From Gammaproteobacteria bacterium (GTDB lineage Bacteria; Pseudomonadota; Gammaproteobacteria; Berkiellales; Berkiellaceae), in assembly GCA_013288185.1 (NCBI GenBank), contig JABDCK010000001.1, forward strand, positions 581-64,580: 64,000 bases of DNA, read 5' to 3'. Within the stretch, counting starts at the first letter, position 1. The number at the start of each line of letters is the position of its first letter. Shown piece after piece: positions 20,929-32,844 of this stretch. Below the pieces are notes generated by a model. That model saw nothing but the letters and a program-made list of their open reading frames with translations, made no database searches and was not told where the DNA came from. The translations under genes and the position numbers were made by a program.

Positions 20929-23274
20929 TCAAATTTCATAACGTACTTTTATAAACGCAGCGTTAGCAAAGTAATCTTTTTGAATGTCCAAATCGTAGCT
21001 AATGCTAAATTGTAAGGGCGTGATACTGAAATAGGTTAAACTCATGCCAAAATTAAAACTGGTTTGTTCTGGTTTCAGGCCATGTGTTGAAAAATTGGCG
21101 CCACTGTCTGTAAATTGTGCGGTATTGGACATCGCATCATTCACAAAAGCGTAAAATAGATTAAAATGTGCTTCTGGCTGCAAAACGGAACTAGTTGAAA
21201 ATTCGCAGCCTAACCCACCTAATAATTGATTAAAGTCACCGCCCATAACATGCAAATAAGAATAATACAGCGAAGCTAAAGGTATGATATGCAAACTTTG
21301 TTGGGCAAAATCATAACCTAACTCAGTTTTTACGCCACCTTGCCAGCCTTGGTAAGGGGTTTGTGCGTTATAATAATTGTAAGCAATCGCGACAAGACCA
21401 TTGAGAAAAGCGGGATTATCAAAAAGCGTTTGACCATACAGCATTGCTTGATAACTATCAATGTTGGTTCTCGCATTGGGCTGTTGATTATATCTTACAC
21501 GTGTTTGCGCCCAACTTGCGGCAACTCCAGCAAAGGTACTTTCACTCACTAATGCATCTGTGCCAATCGTAAACCCTAAAGTATTGTCTTTATATCCCGG
21601 AATTCCCAGGCGTTCTTGTTGATTGGCTTGTTGGCCAAAGATTTTTGTCCAAATGCCAACATTGGAAAGACTATCACCACCGGCAAAGCCAAAATATTGC
21701 TGGTGCAAGCGTTGCTCGGTTGCGCGCAGCACATTGCGTTGCGCGTTTAAGACGGATGGTATTGGCAAACTTGGAACCAATGCTATGGAGGTAATGACTA
21801 AATCTAAGATATTATTATTCACTTGTGTGGTAAAGGTGGTGGTTGCCGTTGAGCCATTTACTGCAATGGGATATAACCCGCTGCCGCCACCATTACTGGT
21901 GATAAGCGGAATAGTTGTTGTGCCTAAGGGAATATTGGCTGGCAAATTGATGATATTAACGGTCGCAGCACTATTTAATGTAGTAATACTTGCGGTAGTA
22001 ATGGTGCCGATAGCAGAGGTCCCCGCGCTTAAATCCAGTTGCAGAACGGTTTCTGCATCTAAAGAGAGTGTACCGGGGGCCGTGGTGTTAGTTATATTTA
22101 ATTGGGCGTTTGGTGCAAGACTGAGCGTTGAATTATTAGTCAAGGTTAAGCCGCCATCTATATTTTGCTGACCGCTGATGGCTAAGGTGCCCATATTGTT
22201 GACATTGACGGAGGCATAAATATGCTGATTGTTAAAACTCACACTGCTGCCAACGGGGCTCATAATATTAATAGTGCGTAAATTATTAACGGCATCACCC
22301 ACAGAATTACTAAAAGTGAAATTGTTATTAATTGTTAAAATTCCTTGATTAGGAGCAGTAGTGGTAATGGCGCCACTAATGGTATTGCCTCCAAAGATTA
22401 AATTATGATTTCCTTGAAATTGAACTTGGCTTGCAAAAATATTACCAGCAACATAAGTATCCGCATTAGCACAAACTTTTACTAAAGAAAAATGACTTTG
22501 TGTGGAGCCTATACTCAAAATACTAGATGCTTTTTGCACATCTAAAATATTGATATTGTTGGTTTGAGCGGTAATGGGATAAAATAAGGTCATAGATTGA
22601 TTATTGAGTGCTAATGTTGTTGCATTACCGCCATCTGTAATGGTAATGGGCGTATTAATTGTCGCACCACTCAAGGTGACAGTTTTTCCGGCGCTACCCA
22701 AGGCATTGATGGTTAAAAGATTTAATGGCAAGGTTTCACCAATTGAGCCGGAAATGCTGCCGCCGCCTTGCAGTTGTAAAATGCCCATTTGAGACGTGCC
22801 AGCCAGAATATCAATCTTTCCGTTAAACGTGGCATTATCAGGAAAAATTGCGGTTGCATTGTTATGAAAATGTAAAATTCCAACTTTGCTAAGCGCACCG
22901 AAGGTAACGCTTGCATTTTTACCCTGGATTTGAATTTCTGAGATTTGACTATGCGGGGCAATATTGCCGGTGATATTGGCCGAGCCGGCAAAAATTAAAA
23001 CATCTTTACTAAAAACTGTGGCGCTGCCGAGATTATTTTCAATGGAAACATTATTGGTGGCACCGATGGTAGCGCCATCCCTGATGGTAAAAGTTATATT
23101 GCTACCTCCAAAGTTATAACCGTTGGTAGGAGGATAAGCGCTAACCCCAGAATCCAGCCCGTTTACGCCAGCGCCCAAATTTGTTAGCTGTGCACTTGCA
23201 ATCTGAGCATGCGTGGTTAAAGCGTTAACGCAAAGGAATGAACCAAAGATGAGTTTAAAAACTATGTTATTCAT
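20929..23274 (-). CDS. Type Va autotransporter (beta-helical Asn/Thr/Gly-rich passenger, rOmpA/Sca-like) with C-terminal beta-barrel
   Basis: Signal peptide (...ALTTHA|Q), low-complexity beta-helix passenger, linker AGGD..VGIWTKIFG, terminal aromatic strand AFIKVRYEI. Confidence 0.85.
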   Translation of the reverse strand: MNNIVFKLIFGSFLCVNALTTHAQIASAQLTNLGAGVNGLDSGVSAYPPTNGYNFGGSNITFTIRDGATIGATNNVSIENNLGSATVFSKDVLIFAGSANITGNIAPHSQISEIQIQGKNASVTFGALSKVGILHFHNNATAIFPDNATFNGKIDILAGTSQMGILQLQGGGSISGSIGETLPLNLLTINALGSAGKTVTLSGATINTPITITDGGNATTLALNNQSMTLFYPITAQTNNINILDVQKASSILSIGSTQSHFSLVKVCANADTYVAGNIFASQVQFQGNHNLIFGGNTISGAITTTAPNQGILTINNNFTFSNSVGDAVNNLRTINIMSPVGSSVSFNNQHIYASVNVNNMGTLAISGQQNIDGGLTLTNNSTLSLAPNAQLNITNTTAPGTLSLDAETVLQLDLSAGTSAIGTITTASITTLNSAATVNIINLPANIPLGTTTIPLITSNGGGSGLYPIAVNGSTATTTFTTQVNNNILDLVITSIALVPSLPIPSVLNAQRNVLRATEQRLHQQYFGFAGGDSLSNVGIWTKIFGQQANQQERLGIPGYKDNTLGFTIGTDALVSESTFAGVAASWAQTRVRYNQQPNARTNIDSYQAMLYGQTLFDNPAFLNGLVAIAYNYYNAQTPYQGWQGGVKTELGYDFAQQSLHIIPLASLYYSYLHVMGGDFNQLLGGLGCEFSTSSVLQPEAHFNLFYAFVNDAMSNTAQFTDSGANFSTHGLKPEQTSFNFGMSLTYFSITPLQFSISYDLDIQKDYFANAAFIKVRYEI

Positions 23275-23348
23275 GTACTTCAATGCCGATGTGAGGAACC
23301 CACATCGGCAAAAGTAAGATGTGCATTAAATTAGCCGGTTGTGCTATT

Positions 23349-23633
23349 TTAATTAGGTCCGTTAGGTCCGACAGGAGGAGCAGCGGGTAAAAATTGTATA
23401 TTGTCGAAAAAAGAACCCGTTTGATAGCTAACGGTTTGCAAGCTATAATCACCAACGCTTGGCAGCGCACTAACTGCGGAGGTTAGTTCGGCAACAGTGG
23501 TAATGGTGCCGTTAACAATATTAGCTAACAGAGTAGCTACATCGCCCGCGTTTGCGGAAGGAACTGCTACAACGAGGGATAAATTGTCGCCGCCGGAAAC
23601 TGCTTGAACTTCTGCTAAATTTAATGAATACAT
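23349..23633 (-). CDS. Small protein with double-glycine (bacteriocin-type) leader
   Basis: MYSLNLAEVQAVSGG|DNLSL; RBS AAGGAG upstream. Confidence 0.7.
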   Translation of the reverse strand: MYSLNLAEVQAVSGGDNLSLVVAVPSANAGDVATLLANIVNGTITTVAELTSAVSALPSVGDYSLQTVSYQTGSFFDNIQFLPAAPPVGPNGPN

Positions 23634-23693
23634 TGTAAATCTCCTTATCTGTTAAAAGTGCATATACAGCAATTGAAAGTGTATTGATAATTT

Positions 23694-23966
23694 TTATGGC
23701 ATGCAAGAGGAAAATTCAAATGTAATGGTGTTAGTTAAAGCGAACTCATTATTCACGTATTTAATAGTATTTAAGGTGAGTTCATTAACATACATTGACA
23801 TATAGAAATGTTTCAAAAAACGATTTACTGACATTGAAGTTGTTCCACTCAAAGAATCCAGCAAAAAAAATGCCTCTTGCCGAAGATTCTCCGGTACATT
23901 GAAGCTTAAAGTGAGTGTGTCACCACCTGAAATAGTTTGAAGCGCTTCTATATTTAATAGTTTCAT
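23694..23966 (-). CDS. Small protein with double-glycine leader, paralog of 23349..23633
   Basis: MKLLNIEALQTISGG|DTLTL; RBS AGGAG upstream. Confidence 0.7.
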   Translation of the reverse strand: MKLLNIEALQTISGGDTLTLSFNVPENLRQEAFFLLDSLSGTTSMSVNRFLKHFYMSMYVNELTLNTIKYVNNEFALTNTITFEFSSCMP

Positions 23967-24099
23967 GATTAACTCCTTTTAGAGTATGAGGTGTAATTAC
24001 ATCCTTAACGATTATAGTTTATTAAAATTACTCAATTCAAGATTTTAATCGTAATACCTTGCTTCATTACTTCGTTTCCCCTATCATGTGTCCACCTGA

Positions 24100-24176
<77 letters not shown>

Positions 24177-24190
24177 ATATTTAGTTGTAC

Positions 24191-24218
24191 AAAGCCCCTT
24201 ATGGGGTTTTTTGTTTTT
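24191..24218 (+). terminator. Rho-independent terminator/attenuator after the tRNA
   Basis: AAAGCCCC-TTAT-GGGGTTTT followed by a T-run. Confidence 0.7.
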
Positions 24219-24232
24219 GAGCAAAAGATTAT

Positions 24233-24700
24233 ATGCAAAGGCAAGAAAAATGGCAGACAATTATTAATCCACTGTTGGTGGATACGCCATTTGAATTAGT
24301 CGGCGTTGAGGTGGTTGGCGGTGGTAAACACACGGTGCTGCGTATCTATATTGATAAGCCGGGTGGTATTACTATTGATGATATTGTGCGCTTAAGTCGT
24401 GAAATCAGTGTAGTATTTGATGTTGAGGAGCCTATTAAGGGGCATTATACCTTAGAGGTTTCTTCACCTGGGCTAGACAGACCCTTATTTTCACCGCAGC
24501 ATTATGCGGTGCAAATAGGCCAGAAGATTGCAATGAAGACGCGCTTTCCACAAGAAGGGCGGCAAAATTTCAGAGGGATTTTGCAACAAGCGAATGACGA
24601 GGGCATCCAACTGCAAGTGGATGAAGCCGTGCTGTTTTTTGCTTATGCAGATATCGACAAAGCAAGAGTAGTACCGGATATTCCATTTGGAAAGGGGTAA
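24233..24700 (+). CDS. rimP: Ribosome maturation factor RimP
   Basis: LRIYIDKPGGI, YTLEVSSPGLDRPL. Confidence 0.96.
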   Translation: MQRQEKWQTIINPLLVDTPFELVGVEVVGGGKHTVLRIYIDKPGGITIDDIVRLSREISVVFDVEEPIKGHYTLEVSSPGLDRPLFSPQHYAVQIGQKIAMKTRFPQEGRQNFRGILQQANDEGIQLQVDEAVLFFAYADIDKARVVPDIPFGKG

Positions 24701-24712
24701 AAAGAGGCAACA

Positions 24713-26224
24713 ATGAGCACAGAAATTCGTTTGGTCGTCGATGCGGTTTCTAATGAAAAAAATGTTCCCAAAGAAATTGTCTTTGAAGCATTAGAAGCAG
24801 CATTAGAATCGGCCAGTAAAAAGCGCTATGGCGCAGAGTGGGAATTTAAGGTAGTGATTAATCGCAATACGGGTGATTATGAGACCTTTAGAGCGTGGAC
24901 GGTTATTGATGAAAATGCGCTCAATGAAGAAGGTGAGCCAATGGTTCAAAATCTTCTAGCCGAACTGACTTTAGCACAAGCGCAAGAGAAAAAAGCGGAT
25001 GCCAAAATTGGTGATGTGATTCTTGAAATGATCCCTTCCGTTGAGTTTGGTCGCATTGCGGCCCAAACCGCTAAACAAGTCATTATGCAAAGATTACGTA
25101 CGGCTAAGAGAGACCAAATTGCGGAAGAATATCGCGCACGTATTGGCGAATTGGTTGCTGGCACCGTTAAAAAAGTTACGAGAGAGAACGTCATTATCGA
25201 GCTTGGCAATAATGCCGAAGCCTTATTACGTCGCTCGGATATGTTACCACGAGAAATTGTGCGTATTGGTGATAGAGTACGTGCGTATTTACAAGATGTG
25301 CGTCCGGAATTGCGCGGCCCACAGCTGGTGGTGAGCCGTACCTGCCCTGAGATGTTGATTGAATTATTTAAAATCGAAGTTCCTGAAATTGGTGATGGTT
25401 TAATTGAATTAAAAGGGGCTGCGCGCGATCCGGGCGTGAGAGCGAAAATTGCTGTTTTAGCAAAGGATAATCGCATCGATCCTATTGGTGCTTGCGTGGG
25501 TATGCGTGGTTCGCGTGTACAAGCGGTTTCGAGTGAACTTGGAGGAGAGCGTGTCGATATTGTGTTATGGGATGACAATCCGGCACAATTTGTCATTAAT
25601 GCAATAGCGCCAGCTGAAGTTGCTTCAATTATTATTGACGATGATGCTAGGTCTATGGATGTTATCGTTTCTGAGGAACAACTATCTGCTGCAATTGGCC
25701 GTAATGGTCAAAATATTCGTCTAGCAAGCCAATTAACAGGCTGGGAGCTTAATGTGATTTCACAAAATCAAGCGCAAACGCGTGATCAAGAAGAATTTGA
25801 AAAATTTTCGCAACTATTTGTAGACCATCTGCAAGTTTCTCCAGAAATTGCGGGGTGCTTGGTAGAAGCAGGTTTTACCAGCATAGAAGAAATTGCGTAT
25901 GTTCCACCTCAGGAATTAATGGAAGTGGAAGGAATGGATGAAGCTTTGATGGGTGCTTTACGCCAACGCGCTAAAGACAGTTTATTGACCAAAGCCATCG
26001 CAGAAGAAGAACGCTTAGGTGAAAATGCGCCCGCTTCTGATTTATTAGAGATAGCAGGTATGGATAAGCAATTGGCTTATACTTTAGCCAATCGTGGCAT
26101 TGTTTCAAGAGAAGATTTAGCCGAGCAATCGATAGATGATCTCTTGGATATAGAGGGAATGAATGAAAAGCGAGCTGGTGAATTGATAATGGCTGCTCGT
26201 GCCCATTGGTTTGTTGAACAATAA
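24713..26224 (+). CDS. nusA: Transcription termination/antitermination factor NusA
   Basis: [37 protein letters not shown]; C-terminal acidic repeats. Confidence 0.98.
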   Translation: MSTEIRLVVDAVSNEKNVPKEIVFEALEAALESASKKRYGAEWEFKVVINRNTGDYETFRAWTVIDENALNEEGEPMVQNLLAELTLAQAQEKKADAKIGDVILEMIPSVEFGRIAAQTAKQVIMQRLRTAKRDQIAEEYRARIGELVAGTVKKVTRENVIIELGNNAEALLRRSDMLPREIVRIGDRVRAYLQDVRPELRGPQLVVSRTCPEMLIELFKIEVPEIGDGLIELKGAARDPGVRAKIAVLAKDNRIDPIGACVGMRGSRVQAVSSELGGERVDIVLWDDNPAQFVINAIAPAEVASIIIDDDARSMDVIVSEEQLSAAIGRNGQNIRLASQLTGWELNVISQNQAQTRDQEEFEKFSQLFVDHLQVSPEIAGCLVEAGFTSIEEIAYVPPQELMEVEGMDEALMGALRQRAKDSLLTKAIAEEERLGENAPASDLLEIAGMDKQLAYTLANRGIVSREDLAEQSIDDLLDIEGMNEKRAGELIMAARAHWFVEQ

Positions 26225-26246
26225 AGCAGCGATTAAGCGAGGGGCC

Positions 26247-28778
26247 ATGTCGGAAACCGTAAAAGAATACGCTGAGAAACTAAAAATTTCACCAGATTTG
26301 TTATTAAAACAATTAGAGGGTGCGGGTATAAGATGCGAAGAGGGTTTAAAGCACCGCGTAACAGATGATCAAAAGCAAAAATTGCTCGAAAAGCTAAAAA
26401 GTGATCATGGTGAAAAAGATAAAGCGACCAGTAAATCTGTTACACAATTTACTATGACGTGTCAGCAAGTCAGTGAATTAAATGTAAAAGTGCCTGGTAC
26501 TTCCAGCAAAAAAACGGTTAAAGTTGTTACCAAAAAACGTCGTAAGTTTGTGAAGCGGTCAACACCCCTGGAAGCAGGTGAAAGCACAAGCATTGAGGTG
26601 TCTACTGAAGTTGCTACGCCACTGGAAGAAATCCACACTGAAGAATCCCCCATTGAAGTTTTTGCGCAAGAAGCAGTCAGTGAAGAAACAGTACTAGAAT
26701 TGCCCATAGAGGAAATTGCTGTAGAAGTAGTGAGTGAAGAGGTGTCAGCCGTAGCAGAAACGGTTACCCCAGATAAAAAGCAAGAAAAACCTCGCGCGCG
26801 CAGTAAGCCGGGTGCTACGAAAGAAACTTATGTTGAAGATAAGCGTGGGCAGCGTGAATCGGCCGCTAAGAAAACGCTAAAACCTGCGCCTAAAGGTGGC
26901 AAAAAAATTCGCGATATTCAGGATGCCGAAACGGAAGAAAGCCGTCACCGTCGCAAGAGAAGAGGGGGCTTTAGAAAGACGGAAGAAGCAATTAAAAAGC
27001 ATGGCTTTGAAAAACCCACTGCACGGGTTGTAAAAGAAGTATTAATTCCTGAAACGATTAGTGTGAATGATTTAGCGTTACGCATGTCTGTTAAAGCTGC
27101 AGAAGTCATTAAAGTGATGATGAAAATGGGTGCCATGGCAACCATTAATCAAGTGATAGATCAAGATACTGCCGCCTTAATTTGTGAAGAAATGGGACAT
27201 CATGCCATTTTACGCAAACAGGATTCAGTAGAAGACACTATCAATGTTATCTATGAAGGTGAAAAAATAGCGCGAGCGCCCATTGTGACCATCATGGGAC
27301 ACGTTGATCATGGTAAGACTTCTTTACTGGATTATATTCGCACCACCAAAGTGGCTGCAGGAGAAGCGGGGGGTATTACCCAGCATATTGGTGCTTATCA
27401 TGTGCAAACGCCCCGCGGCATGATTACCTTTTTAGATACGCCAGGCCATGCGGCATTTAGTGCCATGCGTGCGCGTGGCGCAAAATGTACGGATATCGTG
27501 ATACTCGTGGTTGCAGCAGATGATGGCGTCAAACCACAAACGATTGAAGCGATTCAACATGCGAAAGCGGCGAATGTGCCTATTATTGTGGCTATTAATA
27601 AAATAGATAAAGAAGGGATAGATCTCGATCGCGTTAAAAACGAACTTGCACAACAAAATGTCTTGCCGGAAGATTGGGGTGGAGACACCATCTTTGCACT
27701 GGTTTCTGCTAAAACCGGAGCTGGGGTGGATGAATTATTAGAATCCATTTTGTTACAAGCAGAAGTTTTGGAGTTAAAAGCGGTTAATGATTGTCCGGCG
27801 ACAGGCCTGGTGATTGAATCACGGTTAGATAAAGGTCGTGGACCGGTTGCCAGTATTTTGGTGCAAAATGGCACTTTGCGCAAAGGGGATATTATTATCA
27901 CCGGCCTTGAATATGGTCGCGTGCGGATGATGCTAGATGAAAAAGGCCATCAAATTAACAGTGCTGGTCCTTCCATTCCGGTTGAAGTATTAGGATTATC
28001 GGGTACGCCTTCTGCTGGCGATGAAATGTCAGTGGTTGCCGATGAGCGTAAAGCACGAGAAATTGCTTTGTTTAGACAAGGAAAGTATCGTGAAGTAAAA
28101 TTAGCCAGACAGCAAGCCTCTAAACTTGAAGGCTTTATGGATAGAATGCAAGAAGGGGAAAGCCGCCAATTAAACATTGTACTCAAAGCCGATGTGCAAG
28201 GTTCTATCGAAGCATTAATTGAAGTATTAGAAAAACTTTCTAATGCAGATGTGTCGGTAAAAGTGGTTGGCAGAGGGGTTGGTGGTTTAAATGAATCTGA
28301 CGTCAATCTTGCTATGGCATCCAAAGCTATTATTGTAGGCTTTAATGTGCGCGCAGATAGTGCTGCACGTAAATTGGCCGAGCAAGAAGGCATTGAGATC
28401 CATTATTTCAGTATTATTTATGACGTCATTGATACCATTAATGCAGCAATTTCTGGCATGATTGGTCCTAAGTTCAAGGAACAAATTGTTGGTCTCGCAG
28501 AAGTGCGCGATGTGTTCCGTTCTTCTAAATTTGGTGCTATTGCAGGTTGCATGGTGGTAGAAGGGGTTATTAAACGTAACTTACCCGTACGTGTTCTGCG
28601 CAACGAAATAGTGATTTATGAGGGTACTCTAGAATCTTTGCGTCGGTTTAAAGAAGATGCCGCATCTGTGCGTAGCGGTATGGAATGTGGTATTGGCATT
28701 AAAAACTATAATGATATTAAAGCCGGTGATATGGTTGAAGCCTATGAAAAGGTAGAAGTGATAGCGCATGCCACGTGA
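26247..28778 (+). CDS. infB: Translation initiation factor IF-2
   Basis: [24 protein letters not shown] at 26247 with GAGGGG RBS. Confidence 0.98.
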   Translation: MSETVKEYAEKLKISPDLLLKQLEGAGIRCEEGLKHRVTDDQKQKLLEKLKSDHGEKDKATSKSVTQFTMTCQQVSELNVKVPGTSSKKTVKVVTKKRRKFVKRSTPLEAGESTSIEVSTEVATPLEEIHTEESPIEVFAQEAVSEETVLELPIEEIAVEVVSEEVSAVAETVTPDKKQEKPRARSKPGATKETYVEDKRGQRESAAKKTLKPAPKGGKKIRDIQDAETEESRHRRKRRGGFRKTEEAIKKHGFEKPTARVVKEVLIPETISVNDLALRMSVKAAEVIKVMMKMGAMATINQVIDQDTAALICEEMGHHAILRKQDSVEDTINVIYEGEKIARAPIVTIMGHVDHGKTSLLDYIRTTKVAAGEAGGITQHIGAYHVQTPRGMITFLDTPGHAAFSAMRARGAKCTDIVILVVAADDGVKPQTIEAIQHAKAANVPIIVAINKIDKEGIDLDRVKNELAQQNVLPEDWGGDTIFALVSAKTGAGVDELLESILLQAEVLELKAVNDCPATGLVIESRLDKGRGPVASILVQNGTLRKGDIIITGLEYGRVRMMLDEKGHQINSAGPSIPVEVLGLSGTPSAGDEMSVVADERKAREIALFRQGKYREVKLARQQASKLEGFMDRMQEGESRQLNIVLKADVQGSIEALIEVLEKLSNADVSVKVVGRGVGGLNESDVNLAMASKAIIVGFNVRADSAARKLAEQEGIEIHYFSIIYDVIDTINAAISGMIGPKFKEQIVGLAEVRDVFRSSKFGAIAGCMVVEGVIKRNLPVRVLRNEIVIYEGTLESLRRFKEDAASVRSGMECGIGIKNYNDIKAGDMVEAYEKVEVIAHAT

Positions 28779-29130
28779 TTTTAAACGTACGGACCGAGTT
28801 GCAGATGTGATGCAAAAGGAAATTTCACAAATTATCCGGCAAGAGATCAATGATCCGCGCGTGGGACTGGTGACAATTTCCTTGGTTCAAGTATCTAAAG
28901 ACTTATCCCACGCAAAAGTTTTTGTCAGTGTCATGTCTGAGACACAAGCAGTAGAAACCTTGAAAGCTTTAAATAAAGCGGCAGGATTTTTTCGTGGCGT
29001 TTTAGCAAAACGGCTTAAAATGCGCATCATTCCAGCATTAAATTTTGTTTACGACGATACGACGTTAAAAGCTATTCGTTTATCAAAAATTATCGATGAT
29101 GCCATAGCTGATGATCTTTCTTTTAGATAA
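28768..29130 (+). CDS. rbfA: Ribosome-binding factor A
   Basis: [38 protein letters not shown]. Confidence 0.96.
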   Translation: MPRDFKRTDRVADVMQKEISQIIRQEINDPRVGLVTISLVQVSKDLSHAKVFVSVMSETQAVETLKALNKAAGFFRGVLAKRLKMRIIPALNFVYDDTTLKAIRLSKIIDDAIADDLSFR

Positions 29131-29998
29131 ACCCACGGGGATGAGCTCGCATCTGGCTTTGCAAAAAGCCAAGCGATTATTTCAAGCAACCAAAGCAGGC
29201 CATACCGGCAGTTTAGATCCATTAGCCACAGGCATGTTACCGTTGTGTTTTGGGGAAGCAACAAAATTCTCTCGTTTTTTATTCGATGCGGATAAGTGTT
29301 ATGTGGTTACCATCCGCTTAGGCGTGACCACCACCACGGGCGATAGTGAAGGGGAAGTACTAGAGACAAAGCCTGTTCCAGCCTTAACCTTGGATGATTA
29401 TAATGACATGCTGGCGCGATTTCACGGCCCGCAGCTCCAAATACCCCCCATGTTTTCTGCACTTAAACACCAAGGCAAACCCTTGTACCAATTAGCGCGT
29501 CAAGGCAAGGTGGTTGAGCGTGCTTCCCGTGAGATTAATATTAAACGCTGTGTTTTAGAGGGCGTAGAACATAAGGAAGACGGCACATTTTTAACCTTAA
29601 CCATAGAATGTAGTAAAGGAACTTATATCCGCACCTTAACGGAAGATATGGGACATTATTTGAGGTGTGGGGCGCATGTCGTGGCTTTAAGACGTTTATG
29701 GGTAGAGGCTTTTCAGTCCTATCCCATGATGACACTTGCGGCCTTAGAAACCCTGCCTTTAGTCCAGCGTACGCAACATTTATTGCCCATAAAAACGGTC
29801 TTGTCTTATCTTCTGCCGGTGATTGAATTATCTGTCGAACAAGCCTTTTGCTTAATGCGTGGTCAAATCGTGCAGTATGTGGCTGGGGCAATAGAAGGCT
29901 GGGTTACTTTAGTGACTTTGGCTGGAGAATTTTTAGGGGTGGGAGAATTGTGTACGGATGGGCGCTTGATCCCAAAACGCCTTATCCAGCAAGTCTGA
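29111..29998 (+). CDS. truB: tRNA pseudouridine(55) synthase
   Basis: LDKPTG, KAGHTGSLDPLATG, QIPPMFSALK, CSKGTYIRTL. Confidence 0.95.
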   Translation: MIFLLDKPTGMSSHLALQKAKRLFQATKAGHTGSLDPLATGMLPLCFGEATKFSRFLFDADKCYVVTIRLGVTTTTGDSEGEVLETKPVPALTLDDYNDMLARFHGPQLQIPPMFSALKHQGKPLYQLARQGKVVERASREINIKRCVLEGVEHKEDGTFLTLTIECSKGTYIRTLTEDMGHYLRCGAHVVALRRLWVEAFQSYPMMTLAALETLPLVQRTQHLLPIKTVLSYLLPVIELSVEQAFCLMRGQIVQYVAGAIEGWVTLVTLAGEFLGVGELCTDGRLIPKRLIQQV

Positions 29999-30073
29999 TT
30001 GTGGTAGAATGCCCGTTCGCTAAGTCGGAGCTTGATTTGGCGCTTATTTGTCTAACTAATTTTGGAGTTATTT

Positions 30074-30343
30074 ATGTCGTTATCGGTAGAAGCTAAGGCC
30101 CAGGTTGTTGATAATTTTCAACGGTTTGCTGGCGACACCGGATCTTCTGAAGTCCAGGTTGCTTTGTTAACAACACGTATCAATCATTTGACTGGGCATT
30201 TGAAAACCCATCCTAAAGATATCCATTCCCGTCGGGGGTTAATGCATCTAGTTGCCAAGCGACGCAAGCTACTGGATTATTTGAAAAAAACCAAACCAGA
30301 AACTTATAAGAGTTTGCTTGAGCGTTTAGAATTGCGTCGTTAA
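30074..30343 (+). CDS. rpsO: 30S ribosomal protein S15
   Basis: [27 protein letters not shown] at 30074 with GGAG RBS. Confidence 0.97.
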   Translation: MSLSVEAKAQVVDNFQRFAGDTGSSEVQVALLTTRINHLTGHLKTHPKDIHSRRGLMHLVAKRRKLLDYLKKTKPETYKSLLERLELRR

Positions 30344-30359
30344 TCGTATAGAAAGGAAT

Positions 30360-32477
30360 TTGCTTGTGACCTCATGTGTAAAAATATTTGAATATGGTAG
30401 ACATACTGTCAGTTTAGAAACCGGTGTTATTGCGCGCCAAGCGACAGGTTCTGTCTTGGTCAACATGGATGGTACGGTCGTATTGGTAACCGTTGTTGGC
30501 ATAAAAGATGTTAACCAAGAACGTGATTTTTTCCCGTTAACGGTAAATTACCAAGAGCGGATGTACGCTGCAGGCCGTATACCCGGTGGCTTTTTCAAAA
30601 GAGAAGGTCGTCCTTCTGAAAGTGAAACTTTAGTTTCTCGCTTAATTGATAGACCTTTGCGTCCTTTGTTCCCCAAGGGATTTATGCACGAAGTGCAGAT
30701 TGTTGCTACCGTGATGTCTATTAACCCAGAGATTAATCCGGATATTCCTGCAATGATTGGTGCTTCTGCTGCCTTGGCTATTTCCGGGATCCCTTTTGAT
30801 GGTCCTATTGGTGGTGCACGAGTAGGGTATGTGAACGGTGAATATGTTCTCAATCCTAACAACAGCGAAATGATAGAATCTACTTTAGATTTAGTCGTGG
30901 CGGGCACAGCGACTTCCGTCTTAATGGTAGAATCAGAAGCTGGTCAATTGCCTGCGTCTGTGATGCTTGAAGCCGTGATGTTTGGTCATGAAAAGATGCA
31001 AATTGCGATTAAAGCCATTGAAGCATTGGCTAAAGAAGCGGGCAAACCGGCTTGGGATTGGCAGCCTCCCGTTCCTTTAACAGAACTTTATCATCAAATA
31101 GATGGTGCGATTGGCACACAAATTAAAGAAGCCTATTGGATTGCAGATAAACAACAACGCCAATTAGCTCTCAAAAAACTCAGAACAGAAGTAGTTGAAC
31201 GTTTAGCCACGGAGACTTCCGGTTATACGGCAGCGCAAGTCAGTAATGTGATGGGGGAGTACGAGAAAAAAGTAGTGCGTAGTCGTATTCTGCAAGGGGA
31301 ACCACGTATTGATGGTCGTGATACAGAAACCGTCCGTCCTATTTCAGTGCAAACCGGTGTTTTACCCAGAACCCATGGTTCTGCATTATTTACGCGTGGG
31401 GAAACACAAGCCATTGTGGTTGCAACGTTAGGCACAGGTCGTGATGCGCAAGTTCTTGATAGCGCATCCGGTGAGAAGAAAGATCCCTTTATGTTGCATT
31501 ATAACTTCCCTCCTTATTGTGTGGGAGAAGTGGGCATGATGGGCAGCCCTAAGCGTCGTGAAATTGGCCATGGTAAATTAGCACGCCGTGCTATCCAAGC
31601 TGTTCTTCCTGATATCAGCAAGTTCCCCTATGTGATGCGCGTGGTATCTGAAATAACTGAATCCAATGGCTCCAGTTCTATGGCCAGTGTGTGCGGTAGC
31701 AGCCTTGCCTTAATGGATGCTGGTGTACCGTTAAAATCACCGGTGGCCGGGATTGCGATGGGTTTGATTAAAGAAGACGATAAATTTGCGGTATTGTCAG
31801 ATATCCTGGGTGATGAAGATCACTTGGGCGATATGGATTTTAAAGTTGCGGGTTCCAACAATGGCATCACAGCTTTACAAATGGATATTAAAATCAATGG
31901 CATTACGCGTGAAATTATGGAAGTGGCTTTAGCACAAGCGCGTGATGGTTGCTTACATATCTTAGATATTATGAATCAAGCTATTAGCCAACCGCGTACG
32001 GAAATGTCAGAGTTTGCGCCACGGTTCTACAGCTTTAAAGTCAACCCTGACAAGATTAGAGATATTATTGGCAAGGGTGGCGCAACCATTCGCGCCTTGA
32101 CAGAAGAAAGCGGCACTAGCATTGAAGTGAGCGATGATGGTACCGTGACTATTGTTGCCAATGACAGAGAAGCCGGTGAACACGTTAAACAGCGCATTGA
32201 GGCGCTCACTGCAGACGTGGAAGTGGATAAAATCTACGAAGGAAAAGTTGCTAGAATCGTTGATTTTGGTGCCTTTGTAACCATCCTCCCCGGTAAAGAT
32301 GGCCTTGTGCATATTTCTCAAGTTTCTCATCAGCGGATTGAAGACATGAACGAAGTACTCACCGTGGGCCAAATGGTTCGCGTGAAAGTGCTTGAAATCG
32401 ACCGACAAGGTCGTATTCGTTTAAGTATGAAAGAAGTGGAAGAAGCGCCTGAAACGGCACCGGTGTCTGAGGAGTAA
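30360..32477 (+). CDS. pnp: Polyribonucleotide nucleotidyltransferase
   Basis: [38 protein letters not shown]; KH and S1 domains. Confidence 0.98.
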   Translation: MLVTSCVKIFEYGRHTVSLETGVIARQATGSVLVNMDGTVVLVTVVGIKDVNQERDFFPLTVNYQERMYAAGRIPGGFFKREGRPSESETLVSRLIDRPLRPLFPKGFMHEVQIVATVMSINPEINPDIPAMIGASAALAISGIPFDGPIGGARVGYVNGEYVLNPNNSEMIESTLDLVVAGTATSVLMVESEAGQLPASVMLEAVMFGHEKMQIAIKAIEALAKEAGKPAWDWQPPVPLTELYHQIDGAIGTQIKEAYWIADKQQRQLALKKLRTEVVERLATETSGYTAAQVSNVMGEYEKKVVRSRILQGEPRIDGRDTETVRPISVQTGVLPRTHGSALFTRGETQAIVVATLGTGRDAQVLDSASGEKKDPFMLHYNFPPYCVGEVGMMGSPKRREIGHGKLARRAIQAVLPDISKFPYVMRVVSEITESNGSSSMASVCGSSLALMDAGVPLKSPVAGIAMGLIKEDDKFAVLSDILGDEDHLGDMDFKVAGSNNGITALQMDIKINGITREIMEVALAQARDGCLHILDIMNQAISQPRTEMSEFAPRFYSFKVNPDKIRDIIGKGGATIRALTEESGTSIEVSDDGTVTIVANDREAGEHVKQRIEALTADVEVDKIYEGKVARIVDFGAFVTILPGKDGLVHISQVSHQRIEDMNEVLTVGQMVRVKVLEIDRQGRIRLSMKEVEEAPETAPVSEE

Positions 32478-32522
32478 TCCCCCCGACGCTATCGCGCCGA
32501 CCCCCTTTGATTCCAAAGGGGG
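32476..32522. repeat. Degenerate relative of the A/B/C element arm, probably acting as the pnp terminator hairpin
   Basis: AATCCCCCCGACGCTATCGCGCCGACCCCCTTTG-ATTC-CAAAGGGGG. Confidence 0.6.
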
Positions 32523-32563
32523 TTCATGCCGGCAAGCCGGCCTACCTATACCCGTTCTACTTT

Positions 32564-32816
32564 AAAATTAGGAGTTTCGTCATTGCGAGCGAAGCGAAGC
32601 AATCCAGTCTTAAGAAATTAAATGTCCATCGAAATATTGAAATTCATCATTAATAATAGGCATCAACCATTCTTCTTTTTTGGTTTTTAACGTCTTCTTA
32701 AAAAAATTCTTAATACTATCTTTAAAATCAGAAAATGTCTCATAAAATGAATTACCAATCAGCGCTCTAAGACTGGATTGCTTCGCTTCGCTCGCAATGA
32801 CGGAACTCCTAATTTT
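32564..32816. repeat. Second palindromic element family enclosing a probable IS630 transposase C-terminal fragment
   Basis: ~49-bp inverted arms AAAATTAGGAGTT(T/C)CGTCATTGCGAGCGAAGCGAAGCAATCCAGTCTTA. The spacer on the minus strand reads NSFYETFSDFKDSIKNFFKKTL...PIINDEFQ. Confidence 0.75.
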
Positions 32817-32844
32817 GGTGTGGCTTGAGTATATCTTTATTCCG

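Noticed and set aside
30001-30073. S15 autoregulatory leader
   Set aside because: The position fits, but I could not verify the pseudoknot structure by eye.
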